Source: a virus
Length of the DNA: 64,000 bases
Direction: 5' to 3' (one strand)
IMG/VR virus record: IMGVR_UViG_3300017748_000005
Location: 5,519-69,518 of that record
Notes under the pieces: generated by a model
Databases searched by the model: none
What the model saw: the letters and a program-made list of their open reading frames with translations, nothing else
What the model was told of the DNA's origin: nothing
Shown: positions 10,010 through 20,183 of the stretch, in pieces
How positions within the stretch are numbered: the first letter of the stretch is position 1
How the letters are laid out: every line of letters begins with the position of its first letter
Program-made: the position numbers and the translations under genes

Positions 10010-11771
10010 TGTAACTTAACTCCTTACGTAAAAATTCGAGAGATCTATATAGGAAACCTGTGATATCTAGGTTGGGATCTGATGCCAACGGTAGATTCGG
10101 TGTTTGAGGATGAGGCAATTGATATAATTGTCCCAACAAGCCGATAAAAGATTGCAGGCTTTGTTGAGTTTGTTGAACCATTCTAAACGGATACCCAGAA
10201 AGCATTGCTGCTCTCTCTTCATCTGTTTTTCCTGGGAAGAGGTACTTGAGTGCCTCAATCGAATCAACACCTAGTTCTTGAAGGTTTCTGACGACAATAC
10301 TGTTATTAAGTATGTCTTGAGTGTCATCTTCAAAGACTTCGCCGGTCCACCGCCAAGAAACTTTAGTGTTTCCGTCAGGGATAAGACCAACTACTCCTGG
10401 AGGGATGTCTCCTGCATCAAGTTTAGCACGGAACTGTTCATCCCTAGCTTTGAGAAAATCAGCCTGAAAAATATTATATGTTGCTAATGCTTTCTCATAT
10501 CCCTGTTCGTCATTAGCAAATTCTTCTCTCAAAGGTATAACCGGCTTCTCTAGACCTGCAGCTCGTGCGAAGGATTCCTCAAACAGGAATTCCTCGTGTT
10601 GAATCATCATAGAGAAGGTCTTGCATAACCCGAACTCAAACATCGACTTTGCTTTTTTCTCTGCAGTAGCCGCAACTCGTCCATACAGAGATTTAATTTC
10701 ATATGCAGTCGATGCAGTGTTAATGTCAATATCATCCACTCCGCCTAGAGCGAGGCGAATTTCACTGCGATACTGTTTTACATATAGGTTCTGATCACCG
10801 CTAACAGCATCAGGTGTCATGTAACTGACACGATCTGTGGGTTCTAGGTTTGCAATGACCCTAGGCACCTTGATTTGACCATCTAATGGCGAGGGTCCCC
10901 CAAAGGGCATACCCGGTGCCGACATTGGTTTGAAACCGGCAGCAGATGAAATGGTGGGACGGGATGCACCGTCATTCCCACTTTCAACAATGTCATGTTT
11001 AGGTCTGCTGGATACCAACGTTGGGTTGCCGAAGAACTTCATGTTCTTTCGGACATTACGCACAAGTTCATCATGGAACATGATCTGATGGCTAAGCCAA
11101 TCAAACTCACCACGCCCTGTAGTTTCTCCTGTGCAATCAAGATGGTTGAAGATTTCTACAGCAGGAATGAACCCAAGACTATTTGTCAAAGTCTCTGTTT
11201 GACCAGGCTTCTGCTGAGCCATATAGCCTGTATTATTATCATCAAATTCAATCTTCTCATCAGAGATTGTTTGTTCAATACGATCTTTGTATACCGACAA
11301 TCTGATGTACTTTTTCCGACCACCACGTCGCGATGACTGGCCATATTGGGAAGAAGACATTTGTCCTCCGAACCCTTTCCCTTTTACAGCAAAACTATAA
11401 ATGAGTACAACATTATTGATTTCGTTATTTTGATCTCGATAACAACGATAGCGGTCCTTCGGGAAATAAAGTAATTGATAGCTTTCGCCGGATGGGCGGA
11501 AGTAGAACAAACCCTGACCATCACACAAGAAATGATCGATGATGCTGTCAAGCTTCATCTCAAGCATGTTGGTGTCGTAGATACTTTTCAAGAAATCACG
11601 ACGCTTGCCGTAGGAATCTTGCTCACAATAAAATTCAATACCTCTACGGAGAATGAACGTACGCATCTGAGCTAGATGCGACGCAACAATCATTGTGTCA
11701 GTGTTTGTATCTCCACGACGGGCTTTGGCAGATTCTAGGATCTCCTGAAACTGTGGATTAATGTTACTCAT
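9504..11771 (-). CDS. Putative portal protein
   Basis: 755-aa ORF between TerL and scaffold; NSLGFIPAVEIFN and GRGEFD segments are portal-like. Confidence 0.65.
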   Translation of the reverse strand: MSNINPQFQEILESAKARRGDTNTDTMIVASHLAQMRTFILRRGIEFYCEQDSYGKRRDFLKSIYDTNMLEMKLDSIIDHFLCDGQGLFYFRPSGESYQLLYFPKDRYRCYRDQNNEINNVVLIYSFAVKGKGFGGQMSSSQYGQSSRRGGRKKYIRLSVYKDRIEQTISDEKIEFDDNNTGYMAQQKPGQTETLTNSLGFIPAVEIFNHLDCTGETTGRGEFDWLSHQIMFHDELVRNVRKNMKFFGNPTLVSSRPKHDIVESGNDGASRPTISSAAGFKPMSAPGMPFGGPSPLDGQIKVPRVIANLEPTDRVSYMTPDAVSGDQNLYVKQYRSEIRLALGGVDDIDINTASTAYEIKSLYGRVAATAEKKAKSMFEFGLCKTFSMMIQHEEFLFEESFARAAGLEKPVIPLREEFANDEQGYEKALATYNIFQADFLKARDEQFRAKLDAGDIPPGVVGLIPDGNTKVSWRWTGEVFEDDTQDILNNSIVVRNLQELGVDSIEALKYLFPGKTDEERAAMLSGYPFRMVQQTQQSLQSFIGLLGQLYQLPHPQTPNLPLASDPNLDITGFLYRSLEFLRKELSYSGRYQPSSSDNRPSKLSDADRLRSERGQSIRDERRIKLPGVTDDGSSTGSSGSGLPTAGGPGSSGQSMAGSLPGFERKSEYAQPIPSPGSVLGLPDTDPTGQLPSTLGFNSATAASPVFGTPDVQSPSFNPGVFGAGARGPGPIGRPGSSPVPQQPQRPTGSSRRKRK

Positions 11772-11803
11772 ATTTAGCCCTGTTTACCTTTACTCTAGCG
11801 TTA

Positions 11804-12970
11804 TCACACCTTATATTTGTTAGCAATTTTCTCTAAATCAGTGTCATACTTTTCTGGATCTGCTGTTGCGACCCAAGAAGGTGCTGGCTGACTATCCATG
11901 TCACCTAGATAACGTCCTTCAATTTGATCTGCTTTAGCCTGGTTATATAGAGGGTACAGTCCTGTTTTATAATCAAGGTTTGCTATACGCTGATTAGCAC
12001 CAGTCTGATCTTCTGATCTGTTAATAGCCTGCGATGCCGTAGAGAAAGGATTGAAGTTAGTAGTTTGCCTGTTATACATATTCTCCAGCAATCCCATAGT
12101 GGCTGCTGAGCTGCCGAAGTTATCCATTCCGCCGCCTCCCATTCCCATGGCACCATCTTGGCTAACTACTCCGGAACTATTTGCATCACCACCAACACGT
12201 GACGACCCACCGCTTGAATTGCTATTGAATACAATACCTTGATCAATAATTCCGCTATTAAAGTTGCCATAGAAATTATTGCCGTCACCAATATCTGTAT
12301 TCAGGTTATTATCTTTAATGCTGCTATCTACTGACGCTGAGCCGCCAGGAGCAAAGGGGCTTCCGGGCTGGGTGATCATTTCAGCGACATCCTTAACAGG
12401 CAACTTCTCAAGTTCAGGTTCGACCTGCATAGGAGGTGCGGTATCTATTACTGGAGTTCCGTCTCCAGGGTCAGTAATGTTTGTAGGTGTTTCGGAACCT
12501 AGAGCCGCCAGAGCATTATTAAGGTGCTTCTGCGCTCCACTACTCAACGAATAACCCTTAGTCTTAATATAGTCATTGACTTCAGTCGCAGAAAAGCCTT
12601 TGCCATTGTTATGGCCTTTGATACCTTTATCTCCAGTACCAAGCAATGCGATCATCTCTCCACCACGGATATCATTGCCACCTTCCTTGCCTTGATTCCT
12701 GACACTAATTTCGTCGGGATTAAAGTCACTAAGCCTGTCTACTGAAGTGAAATCATTCATGCGAGCTTGAGCACCCGCACCAATTGTTCCACCCTCAGCT
12801 TTAAATTCATCATATTGACGTTGCTGCTCCTGAAGGCTCATGCCATCATTTCTAGACCGAGCAAGATCCTCTCTGCCAAGTACATCTGATCCCTTGGAAT
12901 AAGCTTCGAGACGTTTCTTAGTTTCAGTCCCAAGTTCGTAACCTTCCTCTGCGGGATTTTTCATTTCCAT
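11804..12970 (-). CDS. Low-complexity hypothetical protein (putative internal virion protein)
   Basis: 388-aa Gly/Ser/Asn-rich ORF between TerL and portal. Confidence 0.55.
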   Translation of the reverse strand: MEMKNPAEEGYELGTETKKRLEAYSKGSDVLGREDLARSRNDGMSLQEQQRQYDEFKAEGGTIGAGAQARMNDFTSVDRLSDFNPDEISVRNQGKEGGNDIRGGEMIALLGTGDKGIKGHNNGKGFSATEVNDYIKTKGYSLSSGAQKHLNNALAALGSETPTNITDPGDGTPVIDTAPPMQVEPELEKLPVKDVAEMITQPGSPFAPGGSASVDSSIKDNNLNTDIGDGNNFYGNFNSGIIDQGIVFNSNSSGGSSRVGGDANSSGVVSQDGAMGMGGGGMDNFGSSAATMGLLENMYNRQTTNFNPFSTASQAINRSEDQTGANQRIANLDYKTGLYPLYNQAKADQIEGRYLGDMDSQPAPSWVATADPEKYDTDLEKIANKYKV

Positions 12971-12975
12971 TACAC

Positions 12976-14514
12976 TTACTCTGAGAAGCTACTATCATTA
13001 TATTCTAATTGTAACGCCCCTCTTCTTAACAAACCTCCCATGGTAAGCACCATTGAGTCAACAGCATCATCATGTGCAGTTTGTCCGAAATTCAATAGCT
13101 CATCTTCAAGGATGTCCCATTTCCGCCACTTATTCCATATCACCTTTTTGTGCTCATAAAGCCCTAGTACACCACGTAAACGTGATAACTTGTCGCCTTT
13201 AAATCCTTTTACCGGACTACAGCTTAGGTTATACAAGCCACGTTGCTCAAACATTACACGCTTAAAGTCACCTTCAAATGACGATTGATAAGCTACAGCT
13301 TCTGGCCAGATTACACACGACGAAGTTGTAGGGAAATAATTACCATCTTCGTTCTCAAGAAGAATGTTCCAGTCCGAAAGCATTTCACATAAAACATCCA
13401 TCTTCTCAATGTTTCCCATTGACTTTATTCGTCGTTGATCTATTAAATATATTTTTCCATTATCAATACCTCCTAGCGTGAAAACTGTGTAATCATTCTT
13501 TTCGTTTAAACCTGCACTAAGGTCGATTCCAACTCCTATGCAATCAAATGATTCTGGTGTCACACCTTTGACGATCAGTTCAGGTGATAGCCCCACATCA
13601 CCTGACTTTACAGCTGTATTTAAATACTGATATGCAAAAGCAATTCTGTCTTCTAGCTTTCGTTCATTCAAGTATTTCATCGACCACATTTCTGGCCAAT
13701 ACGATCTCTGCCTACCTTCTGCGTCTGTTATCACCGCTTTCTGCACAATCTGTTTCCAGTTGTTCTTAGGAACGAAGAGAGTGGCATGTATGTCGTCGAA
13801 GTGGAACCTCGTTCCCAGGCAAATAGCGCGTGCCCCCTGAAACATCGTCGGTGCAATAACGTTAGACCACGTCTGTTCCATTTCACGACGTATGTCAGGG
13901 TTTGTGATTGACGCAGCGGATTTAATAGGGTCATCGATAAGCACCAACTGCGACCGTTTTGACGTGATCGCACCTTTGAGACCTCCACAAGCAATGGTGA
14001 ATGCCTCTTCACCAGCTGTGTCAATGCCTGCAAATTCATAGTCAATACTCCAGTATTCATCTGATCGCTTGATCTTTGATAGTCTTACCATTGGAAAGAT
14101 TTCACGATACTTTGGACTGGAAAGTATTCCCTTAATCGTTGCACTTTTTGCTCGACTAATGTCAACCATATAAGCGATATACAAAATGCGCAGCATCTTT
14201 TTCTCCGCTGCATGTCGTCCTATCATCCAAGCCGCAAACAACCCTAAAACTGTGCTTTTAGCTGATCCTCGTGGTGCAAGGATTGAAGTATTTGGCCCAG
14301 CAATTCCGCTTAATACCTCACTATCCTCACCTGTACACAACTCATGATGCCATTCCATCATGTGTTTGGCAGGAGGCTTCCCCATGATCTTGCAGAAGGC
14401 CATGAAGTTATCTCTTGCTTCTAATACTTCTTCACTAGGTGGCTTTGTAGTTACCTTTGTTGCTTTCATCATCGCATTGCGACGATACGCCAAAGAGATA
14501 CTCACTCCTGACAT
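12976..14514 (-). CDS. terL: Terminase large subunit
   Basis: Walker A APRGSAKST, Walker B LVLIDDP, coupling GTR, nuclease GIDLSAG..DYT and HDDAVDS. Confidence 0.92.
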   Translation of the reverse strand: MSGVSISLAYRRNAMMKATKVTTKPPSEEVLEARDNFMAFCKIMGKPPAKHMMEWHHELCTGEDSEVLSGIAGPNTSILAPRGSAKSTVLGLFAAWMIGRHAAEKKMLRILYIAYMVDISRAKSATIKGILSSPKYREIFPMVRLSKIKRSDEYWSIDYEFAGIDTAGEEAFTIACGGLKGAITSKRSQLVLIDDPIKSAASITNPDIRREMEQTWSNVIAPTMFQGARAICLGTRFHFDDIHATLFVPKNNWKQIVQKAVITDAEGRQRSYWPEMWSMKYLNERKLEDRIAFAYQYLNTAVKSGDVGLSPELIVKGVTPESFDCIGVGIDLSAGLNEKNDYTVFTLGGIDNGKIYLIDQRRIKSMGNIEKMDVLCEMLSDWNILLENEDGNYFPTTSSCVIWPEAVAYQSSFEGDFKRVMFEQRGLYNLSCSPVKGFKGDKLSRLRGVLGLYEHKKVIWNKWRKWDILEDELLNFGQTAHDDAVDSMVLTMGGLLRRGALQLEYNDSSFSE

Positions 14515-14539
14515 TTATGTACCCCACTTTGATAACATT

Positions 14540-14800
14540 CTAACGCTCGGCTTCACGCTGAAATATACGATTTCTTGCTCGCGCCTTCGCCTCCATAATT
14601 CTGTTTTGCTCTCTAGTTATTGCATATGCTATCGCCATTTCTTGCGCATACCTAGCAGCAGCATATTCCCCAGGGTTATATCCCAGAATACTTTCCCATC
14701 TCAAATGAGGCATACCTGGCAGTGCCTTGTAGTGATGAGTATTAAGTGCTGATACCTGAGCACTTTTAATTTCTGGTAGCTCTGGAATTTCTGGAATCAT
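14540..14800 (-). CDS. Hypothetical protein
   Basis: 86-aa ORF coupled to upstream gene. Confidence 0.5.
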   Translation of the reverse strand: MIPEIPELPEIKSAQVSALNTHHYKALPGMPHLRWESILGYNPGEYAAARYAQEMAIAYAITREQNRIMEAKARARNRIFQREAER

Positions 14801-15342
14801 TAGTTTGTCAACTCAGAGTATAGTTTCGCCCATGTTGCCTGAATTGCGTTTTCAATTGCTTCAGCAAATTGTGGATCATCTTTAAATATCATTGTCATCT
14901 CTCGCATAACTTTATCAGCACCAGCTAATATCAATCCTCGTTTGTCGGTAGACTTATTCATGCGCTCACTTGTTTCAATATGGCTCCTGAGTTCTTTTTC
15001 AAGTGCACCCAGCCGAGCAGCCCCGTTATCACCCTTAATCTCTCCAGACGTAATCGCCATACGAAGCTCTTGAATATCAGAATGCAAGGCAGTGATTTCG
15101 CTGTTTAGGATCCCTCGTCGGTCAAGCTTCTTGTACTTCATCTTGACCCATCGAGACATATCATTGAATGATCCTGGATAGTCAAGTATTCCTGCATATA
15201 CCCAAATTTCAATAATGCTTGGAGTATATTCAGCAAATTCTTTGAAGTCTTCCGCATCTGCAGCAGGGAGCGAATCAAGCCATTCGTCTACATAGCTGAC
15301 GTATACCTTGCTCCCTATTGTGGCTTTTGTCTGCGTACTCAT
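14800..15342 (-). CDS. Helical hypothetical protein, candidate small terminase
   Basis: 180-aa ORF two genes upstream of TerL; function from position only. Confidence 0.45.
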   Translation of the reverse strand: MSTQTKATIGSKVYVSYVDEWLDSLPAADAEDFKEFAEYTPSIIEIWVYAGILDYPGSFNDMSRWVKMKYKKLDRRGILNSEITALHSDIQELRMAITSGEIKGDNGAARLGALEKELRSHIETSERMNKSTDKRGLILAGADKVMREMTMIFKDDPQFAEAIENAIQATWAKLYSELTN

Positions 15343-16733
15343 CAGAACATTCCTGCAAGACTCCGGGCATAACCGGATTGATTCTTGCGATCTCTCTCGG
15401 TGTTCTTCTGTTCGTTATCTTGTAGCTTGCGGCTCTGGGCTCCTTGACCACGGATTTGCTGCATAGCTTGTTCGCCTTGCTGCCTACCTGTCTTCAAGTC
15501 AGCGCTTGACTGAGCGCCTATGCCCCTCACGTTGGCATCGCTGGAGGCCTCTATTTGTTGAAGCGCCTGTAGACCTTGCTGAGTGCCTTTTCGGATATCT
15601 TGATCACCTTGTGCACCGATTTGAGTTACGGCTGCATCGCTACTTGCACCAATTTGTTCAACAGCTTGATCTCCACTCATTTCCTGAAGGCGTGCACTTT
15701 GATCACCTTGTGCATCAATTTGCTTTACAGCCTCAACCCCTTGTGCACCGATATTCGCTAGCGATTGTTGACCTTGCTGCTCACCTACTGCTAACTGACT
15801 TTCAGTGCCTGCTTGAATTTGTTGCAGGGCTTGTTCACCTGACATTTGCTGGAGCGTCTGCTCATTTATTCCTTGTGCACGCAGTTGTTCAAGAGCTTGA
15901 TCTCCAGTCATTTCTTGAAGGCGTGCGCTTTGATCACCTTGTGCATTAATTTGCTCTAAGGCTTGCTGGCCAGCCACGCTTTGCATCTGCTGTTGGCTAC
16001 TAATACTCGTATTTAACTGATCCATTGCTTGCTGACCGGCAACACCTTGCATCTGCTGCTGATTAGCAATATCAGCGCCTTGCATTGTTTGCTGATTCTG
16101 GATGCTTTCTTGAAGCTGAGCCATAGATTGGTCACCTTGCAGAACTTGCAATCCTTGTTGTATTTGTCCTGAAAGATCTAAGTTCTGACGTTCTTGTGCA
16201 CCCTGCTCTTGGAGATTAAGCCTGTTTTCTGTACCCTCCAGCATTGTCTGATTTTGCTGCAAATTCGCTGCGTGAGTTTGCAATGCTGTGGCTCGCTGCG
16301 CTTCGTTTGTAGAGAAGCGATTCTGATAGTCAAATTCTGCACCCATACGGTTCATTCCGTATGTGTACTCATCCTGCATAATCTGCGCTTGATTGCGCTG
16401 TTCCAGATCAGCAGCCTGGTTCATTGCCTGTGAAGCAATGGCCTGGTTCTGGTATGCCATCTGGGTGGCCATCTGCGTATCAAACGCAGACTGAACCATG
16501 TTTGCTTGGAATGTATTTCTTATCGCTTGCAAGCCAGGGTTATCATCTCCAGCATCGCTATACAAATTATCCCTAGCTTCCGCAAGATTAAATTGTCCAC
16601 CCTGGCTCATCGTATCAGGAGCCTCATATTGAACAGCCTCCACATTATTATTGCTTAAGTCTCTTATAGGCATGCCCTCTACTGATGCTGAGTATTTCTG
16701 ATCTTCAGTTTGTGTCTTCTTCTTGATGGCCAT
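15342..16733 (-). CDS. Gln-rich 11-residue repeat protein
   Basis: Repeats such as AQGDQSARLQE MTGDQALEQLR; near-identical DNA repeats near 15690 and 15921. Confidence 0.7.
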   Translation of the reverse strand: MAIKKKTQTEDQKYSASVEGMPIRDLSNNNVEAVQYEAPDTMSQGGQFNLAEARDNLYSDAGDDNPGLQAIRNTFQANMVQSAFDTQMATQMAYQNQAIASQAMNQAADLEQRNQAQIMQDEYTYGMNRMGAEFDYQNRFSTNEAQRATALQTHAANLQQNQTMLEGTENRLNLQEQGAQERQNLDLSGQIQQGLQVLQGDQSMAQLQESIQNQQTMQGADIANQQQMQGVAGQQAMDQLNTSISSQQQMQSVAGQQALEQINAQGDQSARLQEMTGDQALEQLRAQGINEQTLQQMSGEQALQQIQAGTESQLAVGEQQGQQSLANIGAQGVEAVKQIDAQGDQSARLQEMSGDQAVEQIGASSDAAVTQIGAQGDQDIRKGTQQGLQALQQIEASSDANVRGIGAQSSADLKTGRQQGEQAMQQIRGQGAQSRKLQDNEQKNTERDRKNQSGYARSLAGMF

Positions 16734-16760
16734 TGCGCCTATGCAATCACTATTAATTAC

Positions 16761-16770
16761 ATTCTACAAT
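16761..16770. promoter_or_regulatory. Overlapping divergent -10 hexamers
   Basis: ATTCTACAAT: TAGAAT on minus 27 nt before the 16733 start; TACAAT on plus 23 nt before the 16794 start. Confidence 0.5.
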
Positions 16771-16793
16771 GTAGATATTGATTGGAATTTGAT

Positions 16794-17705
16794 ATGCGTT
16801 TTGCTGCCAACGCTAGTGCGAGTAATTATATTGCTGCAGGACGTAATGCAGCGGCTGCGGCTGCAAGTATTCAAGAGACTGCACGAGCATTCTCCCCTAA
16901 TTACACTGACCTTGCTACAGAAGATTTAAAACAGCAAGCACTAAATTTTCAACAAAAAGTAAAAGATACTGCTGAAACTACTCAGATTGGTATGAAGTTA
17001 GACGCTAATATAAAGCTTGCTGAATTAGAAGTAGAAAATGCAAAGTCACGTGCTGACGCAAATTCCGGTTTACGTAAGGCAGGAGCAATTGCTGCTGCCG
17101 GTAAGTTGGCATATGAGGGCCTTAGGAAGCCTATTGAGCGTCCTGAGTTTGATGACGGTGGTCTCCGAGATTACTACCGTGGGAAAATGACAGGGCTAGA
17201 GCAAGAGATTGCGGATCTGAAAGAAAAGCCCTTAGATGTTTACAAAGGTGGAGAAGAATATGATCCAAACAAAAACTATGGTGGAGTCCCTTCCAGGGGG
17301 CCAGTTTCGTCAAATGATATGTTGAAGGCCGGTGAGAATCCATCTGGTGGCGACACTCTTGGATTCAATCAATTGCGTGCTCTCGCGGAGCAAGCTGGAT
17401 TCAAAGGAGAGAAGGCTGACATCATGGCCGCCATCTCATTAGGAGAATCTGGGGGGCGGGTTGCTATAGACACCGTTCAATCAGGTCTTGATCGGAATAT
17501 GTCAAATGAGTATTCAATTGGAGCTACTCAAATTAATGTCCAAGCACATGGAGATAAGCTGCGATCACTTGGCTACACCGAGGAGGATATGCGTGATCCT
17601 GTGAAGAACTTCCAAGTAGCTAAAATGGTGCACGACGAAGTGGGAGGATTCACCCCTTGGACTGTCTTCAAAGACAAAAAACACGTAGAGTACTTACCTA
17701 GATAA
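16794..17705 (+). CDS. Virion-associated lytic transglycosylase (lysozyme-like C-terminal domain)
   Basis: AAISLGESGG, SIGATQIN, DPVKN, GGFTPW motifs; likely ATG at 16794. Confidence 0.75.
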   Translation: MRFAANASASNYIAAGRNAAAAAASIQETARAFSPNYTDLATEDLKQQALNFQQKVKDTAETTQIGMKLDANIKLAELEVENAKSRADANSGLRKAGAIAAAGKLAYEGLRKPIERPEFDDGGLRDYYRGKMTGLEQEIADLKEKPLDVYKGGEEYDPNKNYGGVPSRGPVSSNDMLKAGENPSGGDTLGFNQLRALAEQAGFKGEKADIMAAISLGESGGRVAIDTVQSGLDRNMSNEYSIGATQINVQAHGDKLRSLGYTEEDMRDPVKNFQVAKMVHDEVGGFTPWTVFKDKKHVEYLPR

Positions 17706-18485
17706 TCAGGCAAAGAATGACATTGTCAGGCTGCTAAGTGCAGCTGCGATGTTGTCTTGACGATTACGAGCATCCAACTCACGCTTATATGCAAGATCTG
17801 CCTTATGCAGACGCTCAGCACTATTGAGTTTCAACATAGCAAGTTCTTGATTACCCATACGTGTTTCCTTGCTTTCAATCAAGCGATCACGGCGTAGCTG
17901 TGCATCTTGCCTTCGAGCATAGGCTCGTTCATCATCAACCCTATTTTCCCGAAAGATCTGCCGATTCCGATCATCAAGCATTCGTTGATACTCAGGTGTG
18001 GCTCTCTTTTTCCTGTCAGCGCTCTCCTCAGCTAATACATACAGTGCATCAGTTACTTCTTGACCATAGCCAGGTCCATCGCCTAAAATATTTTTAATTT
18101 CTGCCCCCGTTGCACCAGATCGCCTAGCCAGAGTCTTAGCAATGCCGGTTTCTTTAAAATCAGCTCCTTTCTTATTTAGGTTACTAACACTGCTGTTTGT
18201 TGTTAGCTCAGGATTCAATCCTGCATTTTTTAGAATGTCGTACCCGGCTGCTCCTTCAAGCTCTTGCTGTTTAATCTCATAGTACCGAGCTTTCTTTTCT
18301 TCGTCACTAATACCTGAAAGCCTTTCCCAAAAGCCTGCACCTTCAACTTCTTTAGTTATAGGGTCAACACTAGGTACATAATTCCGGTTCTTGATGCCGC
18401 CTCCGAAGGCACCCATGAAACCGTCATACCAGTTTTCCTGTTGGTTGCCTGTGTTGATAATATCTTTTAAAAGTTGGGCCATCAA
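17706..18485 (-). CDS. Hypothetical protein (putative internal virion protein)
   Basis: 259-aa ORF in a coupled operon. Confidence 0.55.
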   Translation of the reverse strand: MMAQLLKDIINTGNQQENWYDGFMGAFGGGIKNRNYVPSVDPITKEVEGAGFWERLSGISDEEKKARYYEIKQQELEGAAGYDILKNAGLNPELTTNSSVSNLNKKGADFKETGIAKTLARRSGATGAEIKNILGDGPGYGQEVTDALYVLAEESADRKKRATPEYQRMLDDRNRQIFRENRVDDERAYARRQDAQLRRDRLIESKETRMGNQELAMLKLNSAERLHKADLAYKRELDARNRQDNIAAALSSLTMSFFA

Positions 18486-19054
18486 ACCATACCTGAACTA
18501 CTGAGCATTTCCATGAGTTCACGTTTGCGACGTTCCTCTTGGGACTCAATTCCCAGCAGACCGCCTAAACCTTGAACTCCATCTGAAACCATTTTACCTA
18601 GACCGGCACCGGCAGCCATTCCTAGCGGTCCGCCAGGGGCTCCTAAGAATCCACCAATTGCCATTGCTGTACCGTCCATAACCTTATTGGCTGCACTATC
18701 ACCACCAAAGACAATATCGCCAGCACCTAAGACACCGCCAACGGCACCTGCAGCTGGAAGAGCCTTCAATAGTCCTAAAGCTTTCGCACTACCAGCAAAG
18801 CGACCCACTGCGCTACCTGCTCTTGTTGCACCGCCTGCACGTCCGATCAATCCAGTAAGCCTTTCTTGTGCTGAGTTTGCAAACGGGGTGACCGCTTTGT
18901 CGTACTTAGCAACGCCTTGCCCTAAGCCGGCTGCACTATCAAGCATTAAGTTGCCTAAACCACTTCCAGCATCATTAGTAGGCATACCAGGGAATACTCC
19001 CGTGAGCATGCTCATTTCTAAAAGCCGTTTGTATTCCTCGTCAGTAGGTCTCAT
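18482..19054 (-). CDS. Glycine-zipper-rich protein (putative ejection protein)
   Basis: GAVGGVLGAG and AIGGFLGAPGGPLGMAAGAGLG segments. Confidence 0.55.
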   Translation of the reverse strand: MRPTDEEYKRLLEMSMLTGVFPGMPTNDAGSGLGNLMLDSAAGLGQGVAKYDKAVTPFANSAQERLTGLIGRAGGATRAGSAVGRFAGSAKALGLLKALPAAGAVGGVLGAGDIVFGGDSAANKVMDGTAMAIGGFLGAPGGPLGMAAGAGLGKMVSDGVQGLGGLLGIESQEERRKRELMEMLSSSGMV

Positions 19055-19704
19055 TGTTCTAGTGCCTCTAAGCGTGATTCAAGCTCCTGAATAGATTGTA
19101 CTAAAACTGCGATCAATTCATTCATATCGATCATCATCAGCTCGCCTTTGTCATCACTATAAATATGATCTGGCATTGCATTCTCATATTCTTGAGCAAC
19201 GAAGCCGTAATGCTTACGCCAGGGTTCAAATGTAAATGATTTCTTGTATTGGAAACTCACAGGCCTCAGTTTCCGGATAATGTCTAGTCCGTCGTTGATT
19301 TCTGTAATACAATCTTTTGTCCTTTCATCACACAGCATTAGTGGTGCAAGTTTGCCCACTGCACCTAGTGCACTGCCAAGCATTGCTCCTTTAGATCGCT
19401 TCGATGCTGCGTCTTTCATTGCCTTGGCCTTAATTTCAGCAGCTTCTACTTTTGCTTGTGCAATCATTCCTGTCTGGGTAATAGATGCTTTAGCGGCCAT
19501 TACACTTCGTTTCTTAGCTCCTTCAGCGGCCATTGATGTTCTTCCAATTTGGCCATATTTTGGAGCCCTACTTCTTACGGCTCGAAACGACTGTGACCCT
19601 GTAGCCATACCACCGGCTTGCGCAATCCCCTGACCACCACGGCCAGAGAATTGAAAACCAGAGAGGTTCAATTTAGCGCCTGATCCTGCAAATCTCATGA
19701 TCAA
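19051..19704 (-). CDS. Protein with C-terminal Peptidase_S74-type intramolecular chaperone domain
   Basis: CDERTKDCI..LRPVSFQYK..HYGFVAQE..LIAVLVQSIQELESRLEALE. Confidence 0.75.
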   Translation of the reverse strand: MIMRFAGSGAKLNLSGFQFSGRGGQGIAQAGGMATGSQSFRAVRSRAPKYGQIGRTSMAAEGAKKRSVMAAKASITQTGMIAQAKVEAAEIKAKAMKDAASKRSKGAMLGSALGAVGKLAPLMLCDERTKDCITEINDGLDIIRKLRPVSFQYKKSFTFEPWRKHYGFVAQEYENAMPDHIYSDDKGELMMIDMNELIAVLVQSIQELESRLEALEQ

Positions 19705-20156
19705 TACCCAAATGTAGTTCCAGCAGGCAAGAAGCTGAAGTTCTTCATTGCATCACCAGCGAATCGAGTGCCAAAGCCGCCTTGCGAAGACCACATTTCC
19801 GGTGAAGTGTGATTCATATCGCTGAAGCCATACATTTTATCATCGACAAAATCGCCTCCACTGACTTTATCGGCTCCACCGAGGTTCATACCACCAACAA
19901 AACTCGTTAATCCGCTTAGTCCTCCGCTAAGAGCTGAAGACATGGCGGATGAGCCTGCTGCAGAAGTTTGTGCTTCTGCATTCGCTTTGGCTGCAGCAAT
20001 AAGACCTTCCGCTTGTAGCCCAGCTCTATGCGTATCTCTTTGACCAGCTATGTCAGTAGTGAACCCTTTCGCATCGTCAACTAATCCTTGAGACGCTAAT
20101 TCGTCTAAACCTAGACTTGGACCTAAGTAGGATGATATGTTTGGAGTAAATCCCAT
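19701..20156 (-). CDS. Ala/Gly/Ser-rich hypothetical protein
   Basis: 151-aa ORF coupled to the next gene. Confidence 0.55.
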   Translation of the reverse strand: MGFTPNISSYLGPSLGLDELASQGLVDDAKGFTTDIAGQRDTHRAGLQAEGLIAAAKANAEAQTSAAGSSAMSSALSGGLSGLTSFVGGMNLGGADKVSGGDFVDDKMYGFSDMNHTSPEMWSSQGGFGTRFAGDAMKNFSFLPAGTTFGY

Positions 20157-20183
20157 GGTAAGCCCCTATATATTTATATATTA

